From Catajapyx aquilonaris (lineage: Eukaryota): DNA of 64,000 nucleotides. This document shows positions 33,629-48,200 of this stretch, piece after piece (position 1 is the stretch's first letter; the number at the start of each line of letters is the position of its first letter). The notes under the pieces were generated by a model. That model ran no database searches, had not been told where the DNA came from, and worked only from the letters and a program-made list of their open reading frames with translations. The stretch lies in the NCBI GenBank assembly GCA_000934665.2, contig KZ538181.1, positions 1-64,000 of the forward strand, in the 5' to 3' direction. A program made the translations under genes and the position numbers.

Positions 33629-36155
33629 TTACACGCTTGAATAAACAGATATTCTTATTAGACCACTTGACGAGCCATCATCAAATTTAGGAGGAGGGAG
33701 TGAATGAAATATCATGTTATGTGTTTTGTAACCCGAGTTTCTTTCAGTATCAGCTGCTGAATGAAAGGCTCCATATTATATGCCACCATGATCACCCGTA
33801 GCAGGAATGAGATTTATTGATGCGAAAGTTCGTGGTTTTCCCATAAGCACTAGCGCGCCTGGAGATTGAAGGATCTCTGGCGGGATGAATAGGTGACTTT
33901 ACGATTTCCAAAATATGGAATCAACAACATTCTGCGCTTACTCTACAATGATGGTGCCCGGCATAGAATCTAATTGTTAATTAGTAATAAAATTTGTCGT
34001 TAATAATGAATTACAAATGACTAATAAATGAGATAATATTCGAACTTTATCCATAAACTCACCAGGGACAGCACCGCTAGCGAATTTCCTGCTCTCTAGG
34101 TGGCTCACCATGCAGCTTGAAGATGCATATCCATAGTTATCTCGACTCGTAGCGACTATGCACCTTGTTTTATATGTGGCTAAATTTTCCAGCCGTAGCG
34201 CGGGGCATTAAATAACACATAATTTTACAGCAACACTATATTATTCTAATAATAATGATGATGATTGAAACACAGGGTAATTTACAGGAAGAAATACCTT
34301 GCGCAGTTGTCCACAATTATGCGACTTAGAGCAGTGGGTGGTTCCGTACAGTTGGAGCGGTGTACTAGTCAACCAATTCCTAAGGGGATAACAATGTAAA
34401 TTTTGATTTAATATGCAACACGACCAGTAACTAATGCACTGGACATTACATGCAGACTGACCTCCCAGATGTCAGGTGGAGGGGTAAATTAGTGAAGAGT
34501 CAGCAGGGCTTTCAGAACTGCGGTTTGGCGGTAAACAAGACGGTGGACAAAGGTTTCCTTTGGGTTCCTGAGATGAGGCTCTATATAGCCTCAAGCATTG
34601 AGGAAGACGCAAGGCCAACTCTAGTTAGAGCAGAGCTCAAGCAAGCCGAGGGTATAATTGCCTAAATAACACATCGGGGGTGAACTAGGAATATAGTTTC
34701 AACAAGAGGTAGGAGTTGTGACATGGTCCCGCAGATGTGTAATTGGAGTGCAGGGATGACCGAGCAACACGACGTCATCGCCATTCTGAACATAGATTTC
34801 TATGGTTGCACTAATAAACAGATAGTAAATGGGTGCATATTTGGTGTTTGAAATGGCCGACTGTTTCATCTTATTAGGGCACATCAATGAAGAATGCAAG
34901 TTAAATTTTCAGAGGAAGATGTTTAAATATACACGTAATAGGCATATTTATTTTCACAATACGCCACCAAATACAGTATGATGATGAGATAAATATGGTA
35001 GAACACTCTGTAGCTAACAGAATAGTTAATGTTATTATTCTTACAAGCTACGTGAAAAGTAGTAGAACATATTTTTTTTTAAAAATAGTTGCTACTGGGC
35101 TTTGGGTTACGATATACATAGTAACTGACTTTAGGAAAATTACTCTGCAAAATATTTAGGCCTATTAATCTCAGTTTCAAAGAAATGTCAGCTTTAAAAC
35201 TTTCCACACGTCGATAAATTTTCGATGGACAATTTTTTTTATACCAGGACTCTGCACTTAGCGTTTAATCAGGATCAGAGAGAGAAGGGCGTTCTCTGTG
35301 AGCTATGCCGCTAAAAGGTTTCGGAAGCATCGTTTAAAGGTGCCCATCTCCGGCGGATTTGTCGCTAGTATGTCACCCAGGAAATTCAACACACTTCTTG
35401 TCTCTCATTAAGAGTGTCATGACAAATAAATCCCGAGAATACCGCTGACAGGTTGAGAAACTGGCGGAGCTCTCGGGGCATTTTGAAGGGGAAGGAAAAT
35501 TGCAGTTTAATCTTCTGACGTGGATGCGAGTGATGCTGTCAGGACTGGAGGTCTTTTTGGAAAAGTGCTTTTATCCTACCCCCAAAAATCCAGGGATTTT
35601 GTTTGCCAGCCTGCGAGATGAACTGTGCATTGTGTGTGTCTGACCACTCATGCACGGTATTCCACGTTCCCTCGTGTGTCACCCTCTCATCACAACCTCC
35701 CTCTACTCAATTCCCCATCTCTTATTCCCTAAGGACCAACTTTTGAACATTCGAAAGGGGAGGGGGGAGGGGGCTCTGAAGAAAATTTTCACTGGTCGTA
35801 TAGATTCAATCATGTTAACGTATAACGCGAATTCTCTCGTGCAAATTGGGATCCCAGGGAAAAATCCCACTCATTGGAATCTTTTGTCTGGAGAATTAGT
35901 TCTCCCGAGCAGTGAAAGGAAGGTAAGAAAAAAAGAATAAAGGAATGCCTTGACTGCCCTCGAATTCTCATTTGTACGAAGTAATTCCTAATTTCCGACA
36001 GTCAATATTATTTTGGTGTTAGAGTCAAAGTCGGTTCTCTTGGGAAAGGGGAGGGAGTAAAGGAACATTCTGGGATCGATCACGATAGGCGATATCGACC
36101 CCCCCCCCCCACCTCCCCATTCCTTCTTCCTCCACCTCCTTCAGGAGCCAAGCTT

Positions 36156-36159
<4 letters not shown>

Positions 36160-36230
<71 letters not shown>
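36160..36230. repeat. (GA)n microsatellite
   Basis: About 35 perfect GA units. Confidence 0.97.
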
Positions 36231-36234
<4 letters not shown>

Positions 36235-39200
36235 CTGGGACAGAATTCCAAAGTGAAGAGATGGGAGGTTGGGTGGAATAATGACAAGGTTCGAAAAAAA
36301 AGTCGCTCATTTTTTCCACGGGGAACTACACTCTTCTTGAACTCTCTTCTCAAGTTGTTTTGCACGACGTCCCATTTTGAAGGGGACCCAGGAGTCGAAG
36401 AAATAATTGGGAAGCTTTTCCTGCAACTCCCAAGTCTGACAGTTTCCAACCGCGCTACTCTGTGCCTAATAATGAACAATAATTGTTAATTGATTTCCGT
36501 TGTTCGAAGAGCTCTTGCCTACCAGAAGGGAAACCTTGCTAGAAGTGAAGTAATTGTTGGGATCTTATGCACTGTACGTGAGTCCTATAGATGGACTTGT
36601 TCACATTTAGGGGTTTTAGGTCTTTAGTGCTGAACGGATATGAATTTTAATATGCGAATTTTTTTACTATTTGAGAATGAGAATAGAGGAGGTAACAATG
36701 TTAGGAGTTTGCACCAGTTAGTATGTGCCTTTATAAAAAGAGAAATGAAAATGTTTACATAACAGGCACTATTTTTTGTTTGTCCTTTAGGGAGAACAGT
36801 TAGGGAAAACATTTTCAGTACAGTACTATTTTCATAATATGCCTGGGTCAGAGATAGTGATTAGCGAAACATGGAAATATTTTTCATTGCATCTAACTCT
36901 ATAGGAATGGTAGGATGCTATCATCAAATCAGCCTATTGTATTGGTGTAGGACTGTAGGGCATATATACGGAATAATTATCTTCACGCACTCCCAAACAA
37001 CATTACCTTACTCAGTGTCATGCATCAAGAAGTAGGCATATCATTCACATTGCTGTCCAGATTTGCCTCAATATTTAAAGAGATGCGTTCCTAAGTAACC
37101 TACTGCAGCCGTAACATGTTGACTTCATTTTAGCATGCAAGTACAGTACATGTTTCAGTTGCACTACTGAGTGGGGAATGCAACATTTTGTGAAACTGTT
37201 AGAAGAAAATTTTTGACCAAAAAAAATCTTTCTCATCGATACAATATGTTCGCGTAAATGAACAAGTGATATTTATTTTTGGACTACTCGTACTGGGCTT
37301 ATACAAGCAAATGACCCCTGAAAAAGCGCTAAGACTGGCAATATATATTATTTTTAAGCACATTCTTCTTTATACTGTACAGACCTACGTACTGTACCCC
37401 CACAAAAACAAGACTTTTTCGGGGCATGCTAAATCTAATGAAGTATAGGGATGTTTATTAGCAGTACTCTCCGATTTAGTTGTAGTAGTAGTAGTAGTAG
37501 TGGTGGTGGTGGTAGTAGTAGGCCTAATATTGTACAGAGTACCGTACAGTAGCCTACATAATTATGACAGGCTTTGTGAAATTGCTTACCGTCAAATTAC
37601 AAGCCTTAATATTAACAGTACAGAGTAAAAGTTTTTAAAATCCAATGTCATTAAAAAATCACAATTTGTATTTCCTAGCATAGTATACCTAGTATAGTTT
37701 TAATTTCCCATAGCTCGTCCTACTTTTATTATCATCATGATTGCTACTGACCGAGTTGAATTGAGCGAGGTAATTTCCACTCGTTAACAAACGAATACTA
37801 GGCGACTACTTGGGGAAATAATTGAAAGGGTAATTAAAACGAACGCAAAAAAATAAATGCTTGCATACTTAACGTGGGCTGGTTTACAGATTGGTTCAGG
37901 GAAGGGTAGCTGGCGAGGACCCTGTGAACTAGGGTACACTTCCCAATTCTCCCTTCGACCGGTTGAATCTTGCAAAGAGGACATTAGTGCACTGTCAACA
38001 TGCCTCTTTGGCAAGGTTTCCTCAAGGCAAATAAGGCGACCCCCCCCCCCTCTTCCCCCCATAAAAAAAGGGTCCCCACATAGTCTTTGGCTGTAATAAG
38101 CTGCCGCAAAGCCAAGGTTTTTGTCCAAAAAGGTTGCAACTGGCCATCGATTGGTGGGAGGCAAGGATTGGGGGGGGGGGGGGTTCTCCACCCCCTCTCC
38201 CCCACATCTCCCCAATCAGGTTGGCTTCAAAGTGCCACAAGCAAGATTTGGGAAACCAGTCATATTTCTTGCGGGCGAATAGCCCCGAGTGCGGCTACGG
38301 AGAAAACGTGAGTGGAAGACGGAGGAATCACACGTCTCCAATTTGCATGGAGATTAGAGCTTGTAAATTGAAGCTCCAAGACCCTGAGCCGTGCTTAAAG
38401 TAATAGGCTATTGGTGAATCCTTAATGAAATAGTCTTCAACTCGATATGCAAATGCAAGGAAAGGGCTGTTGGGGAGGGGGGGGGACTAAGGGGGTGGAA
38501 AAGAGGGGGGTTTCCAAGAGGAGGCTACACATGACATTGATCAAGAAGGTCGATACATCCGTATGCGGCCCTTAAAGGTCATGAAGTGACAGTGGCCTTA
38601 TTGATGAGGCGTAACAAATTATTCCGGTCCTCTTTCCTCCCCACCACCCTCATAATGGATGTCACCGCCGGGTTTTTTTTTCTATCCTTCCTTTTGTTAT
38701 GGCGATAAGACCTCCATTTTATCGACAGGATTTGTCGAAAGGTGCTAGACGTGACTTTTCAGCTGGTGAGTTAAAATGCGCTTTTCTTGACGAGCGTCTG
38801 TCGCTCGCTGTTAAAAAAAAAAAGTGCACGGTTCCTATATCAGAGGGTTTAATGATGTGCATGTTATGATTAGGGAATTTCTCTAAGGGTGCTCTTGAAT
38901 ATGTTTTTTTTTCACGGTATTCTCATGAAGGTGGAAATCGAAGGCAGTTAATGGACCTTGTTATCGAAGACTTCCAGTTGTAAACTCGAAGTACTTCGGG
39001 AGGTCTCGGATGACAGCCTTGGAAGTCGATAAAGTGTAGGGTTTCATTCAGTTCCTTCGAAGCAAATTGGCATCTGATTTCTCTATCTACAAGGAGATGG
39101 ATGTTTGTGAAAGCTAGACCTGAATATTCTTGAAAAATATATGTGCATAGCTAGTTGCACGCCTGTTGTAAGTGTAATGTCAGTCTACTGTGCATTCAAG

Positions 39201-42200
39201 CACCGAGTGATTTACCCCGTAGGAAAGTGCAGTCATCGGAGTTTGAACGTTTAAAAAGTTTAGGCCGAAAAAAACACTGCTAAAAATGACGCTTTGTGGA
39301 AGATTTTTTCGCCTCGTTTCCACCTACCTTTCCCCAGAGAGACGCGCATGGAAATGAAATTTACATTTTTTTCCCTCGACTTCTCCAACTTTTTCTTTGT
39401 TCCGCAAGGAAAATGTCGGCCTGTGGTGCTGGGAGACCGAACCATGGGGGAATGAAGCGTCTGGGGAAGAAAAAGAAGAAGAAAAAGAAAAAAAAGCGAT
39501 GGGATTACCCAGGGTTCAATTTAATAATCACTCCCATTATAGTCTACTCGAGTTTATCCAGACTCTCAGGAATTTTTTGAAGGGAAAGTCATTTTTATCC
39601 TATGCTTCTCTGCAACCCACTGCATTGCCCACTAGTGGGCCGATGGATAATAAAATATGAAGTCCCCCCTTCGTAGTATGGTACGCAAGGGATATGGGAG
39701 GGATATAAATCGTACGGAGGCAAGCCTCGGCCCGTATTTTTATTGTATGTACTAATGCGATTGTAAATGTGGAATGGTGCAGTGTTGTTAATTTAGTTAA
39801 GAGGAATCTGGGATGGAATGTAGGTGGAAATCTTCCACGAGGGTAGATTTTGTGGTGAACGTGGAAAGGGGGAAGGGGGGGGGGGGAGCAGGTAGGTTAA
39901 CACATTCGTGTGGGTGGCGGTTTTGCTGAATTTCCATACAAAATTCAAGAGTATCAGAGTTGAGTGTAGATGCAGGGAGTTCGCGATTCCCATTGAGCGT
40001 GCCGTGCAGGAACTGAGGAGCATTATCCAAGCTTAGAAAAGCCATGTGTGAGTTACCCAATGGTAGCAGGACTAGAAATGGCGTACGAGAGTGAATATAG
40101 CTATTTTACAAATTTTGTGGATGCAGCTACCAATTTTGTTTCATATTACAATACTAAAAATGTCATCTCAAAATTGTCATTGAAAAGATTCAGTAGCATA
40201 TTATTTTCAATCAGGTTTAATGTGGACACTTCCACTGCGAGATTCGAACCCTGTACTCCACAGGGGTCTATAGCCGCTTAATATTTTTTGGGGGCAGATA
40301 ACACTTCTCTTTCAAAGAAAGTGTTGCAGCAGACCTTGGCCGTATGAGTAGAAAGGGAATGAAGTATTGAAGGTGGGAAATGGGGCAGATGTTAGCTGAT
40401 GGTTGTAGGAGGCGGGGATGGAAGGGGAAGGCAGGGTAGTTGGGGGATGGAGGGGAAGAGTGAGAAGCGGCATGAATCCTTGCGGGGAAGGAGAATGGCA
40501 CCATTGGAGCGCCACCGCAGATTGGATGCGGACAAGGGCCCTCGGGGTCTAGCTGAGCTGCAATGGCTCCTGTGGTCGCAGCTTCCTTAGCCCCTTCTCT
40601 CAAGATATTGATTCCGGGTGTATGTCGCTCTTTTAACCTCTTCGAAATTGCATATTTAAAGCCTACATTTAAAAAAATATCTACCGAAAGTGTAGGGACA
40701 CCTTGTGAACTCTCACATTTTGTGGCAACTGATGGCAGTTCAAAAAAAATAATCTTTCGTGGGGTCAATTTCCCACTCCGTTTCTTAAGTTCGGGAACCT
40801 CCGATGGTTTGTCAAGGCGACACGTTTGATCGAAGGGACTTTCTCACCTGTCCTTTTTCTTTCCATCCATCCCGTTGGATTAATGGGAAGGAGGTACGTT
40901 TCTAAGGAAAAAAAAGAAGAAAAGAAGGTGGGGGTAAGGTCGACCAGTCTCCCTTAGCTGTCACTTGTCTTGATTAATACCACCCTTTCTTTTTTTTTGT
41001 TCCCCTGCCAGAAAGAAAAACACTCGAATCATTGCTTCTGCCCCAGATAATTTTTTTTGTGCACCCTAAGCTGCAATGGTCAATTTTTCAGTCGGATGCT
41101 AGCGGACAGAATACCCAGGCGTGCATTTTTGCCAGATCTTGTGATTTGAAATAGGGCGACCGGCCGTGAATCCCAGTGGGATGTACATGGAGCAGAGCAG
41201 CGTTACACCAGGAAATGTTTGCTCCGATATTTCACTGCACCTAGGGCACTGTCGGACTGGACTGGTCTACTTGCCCTGCCTCTCTCGGTCTGCCTCTCAC
41301 GTCGGAATTGGTGCAGACAGAAAATGGACATGAAAAACTTTGTGACGTCCACCCTCCCTTTTGGCGCATTTTGGCACAGGGTATATGGCTACAGGGGATG
41401 ACGTGAATCTGCACGGATGAACACCAAGCGCAGTGATTGTGAGGAAGGGAGGAGTTCCTGGCACTTTATGGGTGAGGGATTGGAGAGCTGGATGGTGCGC
41501 TTCGTTACGGGTGTCACGGGAAGGGTAGTGTGTTGCCGAAATATAGGCAGGGGATTTCCAGGTGGTATTGGTGGATCAATGAGAGGGCGCGGTGGTGCCC
41601 AGGGGCGGTTGGTAAGAGGATGGATAGGCTTTAGGGTGGGGTTGTATGTCGGACGTGTCTGGTAGAGGGAGTTACTTAGAGCCGCTTGAGGGTAGAGGAT
41701 GTGGTCATTGTAGTTGGGTGCAAAGGGGTCGTATACTAAACTGATTTTATTCGGATTCTGCAATTATCATATTACACTCAAATTTCAACAAATTTATGCC
41801 TTCCCCAGCGGGAAAACACAAATTTTTTTCATTTCTTTATTTTACAGTAATTTCAGGAGGCAGTGCGACGTTACATTTCCTCATAAAAATATATCTGAAG
41901 ACTTTAAATGCAGAATTATTAGAGCCATATTGTGATCGAAAATTCGTTAAGCATGCTTCATGTATAGTCCACGACAAGTACTGTCTAGCGGTGAAGTCAG
42001 GATTTAGCTAAAGCAATAACTGCATTTTATTAATAGGGCCTTTCAATAAATACTGATCATGATTTTTTTAAACGAGAAAGTACAGGAAGTACTATCATGA
42101 TGGTGATATATTTAAGTACGTCTGTCGAAGATGGATGTGCATGCTTATGCGCAGAAATCTACTGCGCATCATGTGGGTGTGGTAAATGTTCAAAAGAAAT

Positions 42201-44339
42201 GATCCCATTAGGAGTAATGCAACCCTCACACATAAATCAAATGTGACTATGATCATTATGCATTTGAAATCCTTATTTGCATATAAAGAGTAAATAACTA
42301 CATCCAAATTGCCTATCGTGGTAGTTCATGAACAGTTGCATTGCGTTTGTTTATTTTAAGTGCATACCAAACTCATATTGCAGTACATTTTGCTACTATC
42401 GATTTGCCAGAAATTAGTTTTATTCGAAATTTATGCACGTTATTCATTGCGGTGTTAGTACCGCATTGACACTCATGATCATTATGCTTGCTGCCTTCTT
42501 GACAAAACTTCTGCATGTTCTAGACAACGTGCGGTATTTTAAAACTTCTCTGTGAAGTTGCTGCTCGTTTGTGAGCCACTTTTTTGAGTCGAAATGTAAC
42601 TTCGGGCAATGCACAGTTTGAAAATCCACATTAAAAAAAAATGAGGCTGAACCACAGAACGCTCTTATATGAGGAAAAAGGATTGCCGGTATTTGTGCGG
42701 ATTTTGGGTGTAGTAGAAAACGACTCGATATTTTTGGACCATACACTGTAATGAAAGCATTCAAGTCTCCATGAAACCCAGTTTTGTTATAGCCTATAAA
42801 ATATTTCCGCAATTATGGTTCCATATACACGTGGCTTATTGGCTGGAAATGTGCCTCAATTTGGTAATAAATGGCTCATTGCAAAATAGGCGGCGAGCGC
42901 TACAAATTTCAGCTGTACAAAATGCAATATTACCGTGCAATTATTATCATTTGCGCGGTGATATTGACCAACCTATATACAATACTTCTCTTCCACTTGG
43001 ATGTAACGCTACAATCAAGTGAAGAACAGAAAGAAAAAGTGGTCCTATTTGATGATCGCTATTCCCTTGCGGTTTTTTGTGAGAAGCAACCAAATAATGT
43101 TATAGGGGTAATTTTCCATTCACTTTTGATGGGCCGTCCATTTCACATGCAAATATCTAATCACGGGCGGGTCCCAGGTGACTGAAAAATTAATACGGTT
43201 AGAGTAGTCTCTTTGCAGGGAACTTTGCGCGCCTTTCTGGCTCATAATCTAATCAGAAAGTTCTAATTCCTACAGAGCAAGCTGAAAAAAAGCGGTGGGT
43301 GGGGATGGAGAGAGGTGCAGGTGAGGTGAGAATTTTTCCTCTCTTTTTGGTCCCAGATGCAATCTAGTGCACTTAAAACTTGCATAAAGTTAGGCCGCTC
43401 TGCTAAGCGAATCATAATAAAAAGTATGGGGATAACTACTATAAACTACTTTTCACTTGCTAAATGAAAAGTGCTTATCTCTGTTACGCTCTTGGCACCA
43501 TGGCGACAGGATGGAAATTTCAAATTAATACTAGTTAATTAAGATCTTTTATACTTGCACTATTAGGCTAATCGGATTGCCATTGGTGTCGCTTACAAAA
43601 TATAGTTTGCATGGATTATTGAGGGTGTAAATTATATGATTTACCAACCCAGGTAGAAACGAGATCATTTTACAGTCTAGCGAGTGCGCTGTATACAGTG
43701 CAATGTCGGAAAATTGAAAATCGCCTTTTGTAGAGGTGCGACTTATAGTTCGTTACGGTGCCATATTATACGGATATGATTTAATATTGGCTTGTGCATA
43801 AGTTTCCTATCAACTGTGATAAATCAGCATCTGGGCCCGTCAATCTTGTATTGGCTTCCCGGACATCATTATTGATATGCTGCACGAAAAGGCTGCTTGG
43901 AATATGAGTTTAGCCCATATCCAAATTGCCAGCATCCTCAATTTTGGCCCTTGGAGCATAAGGAATAATATTTTAAAGCGAATTTGAAAGGTTTGCCAAA
44001 CTGGAATAGTACGGGAAGCTTCAGAACTTCCCTTTTCCGAATCAATAGATTTGTATCGTAGCTCATGTCCCATTGAATTAACCATTTATGGTGGTTGATG
44101 ATTTGTGATGGTAAAGGACCTATTTTACATTAACATGAGAGGCAATGGAGAGCAAAGGTTCTAGCACGTAGGTTGGAAGGCCCCAGTTTTTAACCCAACC
44201 GGTCGGGTTCCGCTGCTGGTATATTATTTTATAAATCGAGTTCTTGGGTCAATATTTGCTAAAGGGTCAAATCGAGTATGCTAACGAAAGTTGTTATTTT
44301 CTAACAACAATAATTTATTTACTGCATTTATTGACTATA

Positions 44340-45291
44340 CAGGGTGTCTCAACTTTTTTGTCCGAACAGTTATCGGAAAATTGCGCGTAGCTGCTACTTT
44401 TAAGCAGTGACTTGCAAACGGTGATTTTTCGGAGGAACGGGGAATATACCCTGCGAATCGTAGGTTGAAGTGGCATAGGCCTACGTGCTGCCCCAGCCCC
44501 CTGACACAGCCCACCTACATGTATGATGACGGTAGGTTAATAACTGTGTCCTGGCCAGACGGCGCTGATGGCGGAACATGGCGGATGTCCCTCCATTCCC
44601 CTCCATTCTCTGCCGCCATCTTGAAGGCCCATTCCGGTTGGCTGGCAAGTCAATCTGCCTGCGGGTGGGTGCCAAAAAAAAAAAAAAACATGCCGAAAAA
44701 TAAGTACGGTACTGCTCGGTACTGCTAGCTATCTTTAGTCATCTATATATAAAATAAATAGTACACTTACAATGCTCGGTAAATTGTGCAGAAGGCATTC
44801 TGGACACAGCAAAAATGTCAAGCAAGCAGGAGGTGATTGTAAAAGAGCATTGTAAGTGTACTATTTATTTTATTTAGACATGACTAAAGATAGCTAGCAG
44901 TACCGAGCGGTACCGTACTTATTTTTCGGCATATTTTTTTTGGCACCCACCCGCAGGCAGATTGACTTGCCAGCCAACCGGAATGGGCCTTCAAGATGGC
45001 GGCAGACACTGGAGGGACATCCGCCATGTTCCGCCATCAGCGCCGTCTGGCCAGGACACAGACTGTGTTAACCTACCGTATTCGAGGAGTGTCATAGGCC
45101 TGTGCTGCCCGCTGAAAATTGAGGGTCAAGCCTGGAAAAAAGGGGGTCACACATGCCACAGGATGTGTGACCCTCTTTTTCCCCATTCCCCATTCCTCCG
45201 GCAAATCACCGGTTGCAAGTCACTGCTTAAAAAGTAGCAGCTACGCTCAATTTTCCGATAACTGTTCGGACGAAAAAGATGAGACACCCTG
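44340..45291. mobile_element. Tc1/mariner-type foldback element (952 bp), TA TSD
   Basis: TA|CAGGGTGTCTCA... ~105-bp outer TIR ...TGAGACACCCTG|TA, plus an inner ~240-bp inverted repeat (44529-44777 vs 44845-45079). Confidence 0.9.
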
Positions 45292-48200
45292 TATGTATGC
45301 TCTTATTGCTGTGTAATGTTATCACATTTCGCAGGTAAACCTTTCAAAATAATAATGGTTGGAAAATAACTTTCGCTATACCATCATATTCAGCAAATAG
45401 TGACCCATATACGTACACAACGTACGGTACTAGAAAAGTAGAATGTTAATTTGTATCACTTCTTCAGGTCATTTATTTGAAGAGCTTATTCAATAGGCCT
45501 ACATATTAAATTATAATTATAGGCCTGCAGTATATTAAGGCCATGCACACTTACAAAACACTAGCTCTCAACCAGTGAGTTATCGACCCTCATTTTATTG
45601 AATAAGAAGACCGAACCGAAGAAAAGGCGCAATAATGGCAGCCCTGTCGAGACCAATTTCTGGAACATCTGCTGACGATGACGCTAATTCCCCTGGAAAA
45701 AAAGTTCGAATTGGGTAACACCGCGCCAAGAATAGGACAAAAAAAATACACCTCCTGATGTCATTGTGGTAATGAATCCGGGGCGAGACGGAGAGGGGAT
45801 GGGGGCATCCAAGTTGGAGGTTTGGGGGATCGTGGAATAAGACGATAAAAAGAAGACTCCAGGGGACTGTTGTAGAGAAAAGAGAGACAGGGGCGCATGT
45901 TGCGTCTCTTGTCCGCCATTTGTATGCATGGGGGCCTGGGTGATGGAGCTAGAAAGAAGAAAGAAGGTATGGTGGGGGGGAGGGGAGGGGGGTTCATACC
46001 CAGCCATATTCCAGACTGTGCCCAGACTCTCTTCAAACTATACAAACAAAATTGGTAGGACGGCGGGGGCGGGAGGGCCCCACTTTGGACTTTAATGACA
46101 AGTATAGCTGCCCGAGGGTTCTTTTTTTCCCCAAGTTTTTAAAATTTTTAAAATTTAGCAGCTCTCGTTCTTGGAAAGGCCAGCAAAAATGTTTGCTTGT
46201 ACCTGTTGGTGTCCTCGTTCAGGAATGTTACCATCTGGTCCGATCCTACTACCACCCCCTTCCTTCTGCTGGCTTCCTTCTTTTTATTTACAGTTGGTCT
46301 AAACCCACTTTGCATTCAGGTCTGGTTCCAGCCAAAGCGTTCCAGAGATTCACTCGGCCGGTGCAAAGGCAGGTAGTGTTTCGATCGTGACACAAGTGGC
46401 ACGCATGTTTCGAATGTGATGGCAGCAACCGAGATCAGGTTATATGCACTGAGGTTGGATTTATGATTGCATTACCATACGGTTCGCCCGCGCCCAAAAA
46501 GTTGGGATGTCTGTGATTTTTGGCCTCGTTTCGGTCGGGTTTGGCGTGCAATTTTTTTGGGGGGTACTACGTACAAGCTGAGTTTAAGGAGTGATGGTTT
46601 TTTTTGACCGCGGTTAGTGACCTCAGAAGCTTGCTTCGCTGGAAGAATAAGTCAAGTAACAGGCCTAAATCAGAGTAAAATGAATTGTGCTTTGTATAGT
46701 ACGTAAGCCATTAAGGATAAAATATTCATGGTGTTGGGTGACGCATATGCTGCAGTAGTTTACAATATTACTGTGTTGAGGTTACTTATTGAAGCTGGCG
46801 AGGGAATTCTACCAAAGGCAAATGGCATCGCTAATTATATTACAGCAAAACACATGCAATCTTAAAGTGGTGAGTTTTGGGCAGGTGTGCTCACTCAATA
46901 ATTATGAGTCAAATGTGGGGTATTTTTCATGTAAAGTTTGTGACGCTACTGTCCATGCAAAGAGAGAATAGTAATGACGTCATATGTAAATGAATTCGCT
47001 ACTTTGGCTGACCTACTTATCCACAAAATATTATATTAGTTTATACTCCAAAACTGTGTTTTGCATATGTCACAAAATATTTTGAGTATTTTGTCTTCTA
47101 CAACGTAATGTTGTGACTATTCGCTCTATGCAGTGACACTATACTATAAGAGTTTTCTCTACTTATGGATTTGACAGCTTATTGTGGAAAACCGACCTTT
47201 TCCTACCTTTCATCCTGGCTGTTAGATAACCTATGCGCCTCTCTTGCATGCCGAAGTAACTACTCGGCAGGGGCAAATACCGTTTCGTCGCTTCGCCTCG
47301 AGGGGTCCAAAACAAGTCTGTTCTTCATAAATTACGGCCTGCTGGTTACTGTGGAGAGGGGAGAAATTGAGCAGCTACGTTTCGAGTGGAGGAAGTTTTT
47401 TTTTTCAATTCTTTTCAATTTCTTGCAACGCCATTAAAAGGAAATCGCTTTTGGATGTAATCCTCGGCCTGGTGAAAATGGAAGTTCAGTGAGGAGTGTG
47501 CAACTGTATGGTATTGATATTGAAAGAGAATAAGAAATTCACTGTTTTACTTTATTGCAATTAATATCCCTATGAAAACAGCTGCCACTATCTTCATCTC
47601 CACGGAATACTTAATAATATGCATTTATGTGTCGCCTAAATTGGCATGAAAGGTGATGTTCAAATTATCTTGCATTAAAATTATTGCCCATAAAAGCATT
47701 TGTGACTAGAATATAACGTACTGTTCCCTCTCCGTGAGGTTTTATGGTAACTATTCTAAAAGTTGCAGTCAACTCCCAAGGCACGGTTCTCTCTCCATTG
47801 TACTGTAGATAACTCTTTAAAATAATGTCATTGGCATTTGGTAATGACTAATGAAATTTGGCGTCAGAATTGCACTTATTCCATTTAGGTTGAAAGTGAA
47901 ATTTAGCAGCTTTTATATTTTAACCCTGACTTTCCATGTAAGGATGATCATCATGTAGCTTAGAATCTAGTCGACCAAGCTTGAAGGATTACATTTGACA
48001 AGTGCCACTTTTACAATTTCATGCCAAATTTTAATAGCACTAAGTAAGATTATGCTATAGCCCCAATTGCCCTAAATATCGTGCGGGACCTCAAACCACT
48101 AGCTAGTGAATGCCATAAACCCTACAGTATACCTGAAGTGTGCAGTGGGTGTAAAGAACGTACCGTAGGTAATTTTCCCCAAAGTTTTTAGGTGAAGAGC

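Noticed and set aside
47636..48034. Short inverted match TAAATTGGCATGAAA / TTTCATGCCAAATTTTA
   Set aside because: Too short and AT-rich, no TSD; at most a decayed MITE.
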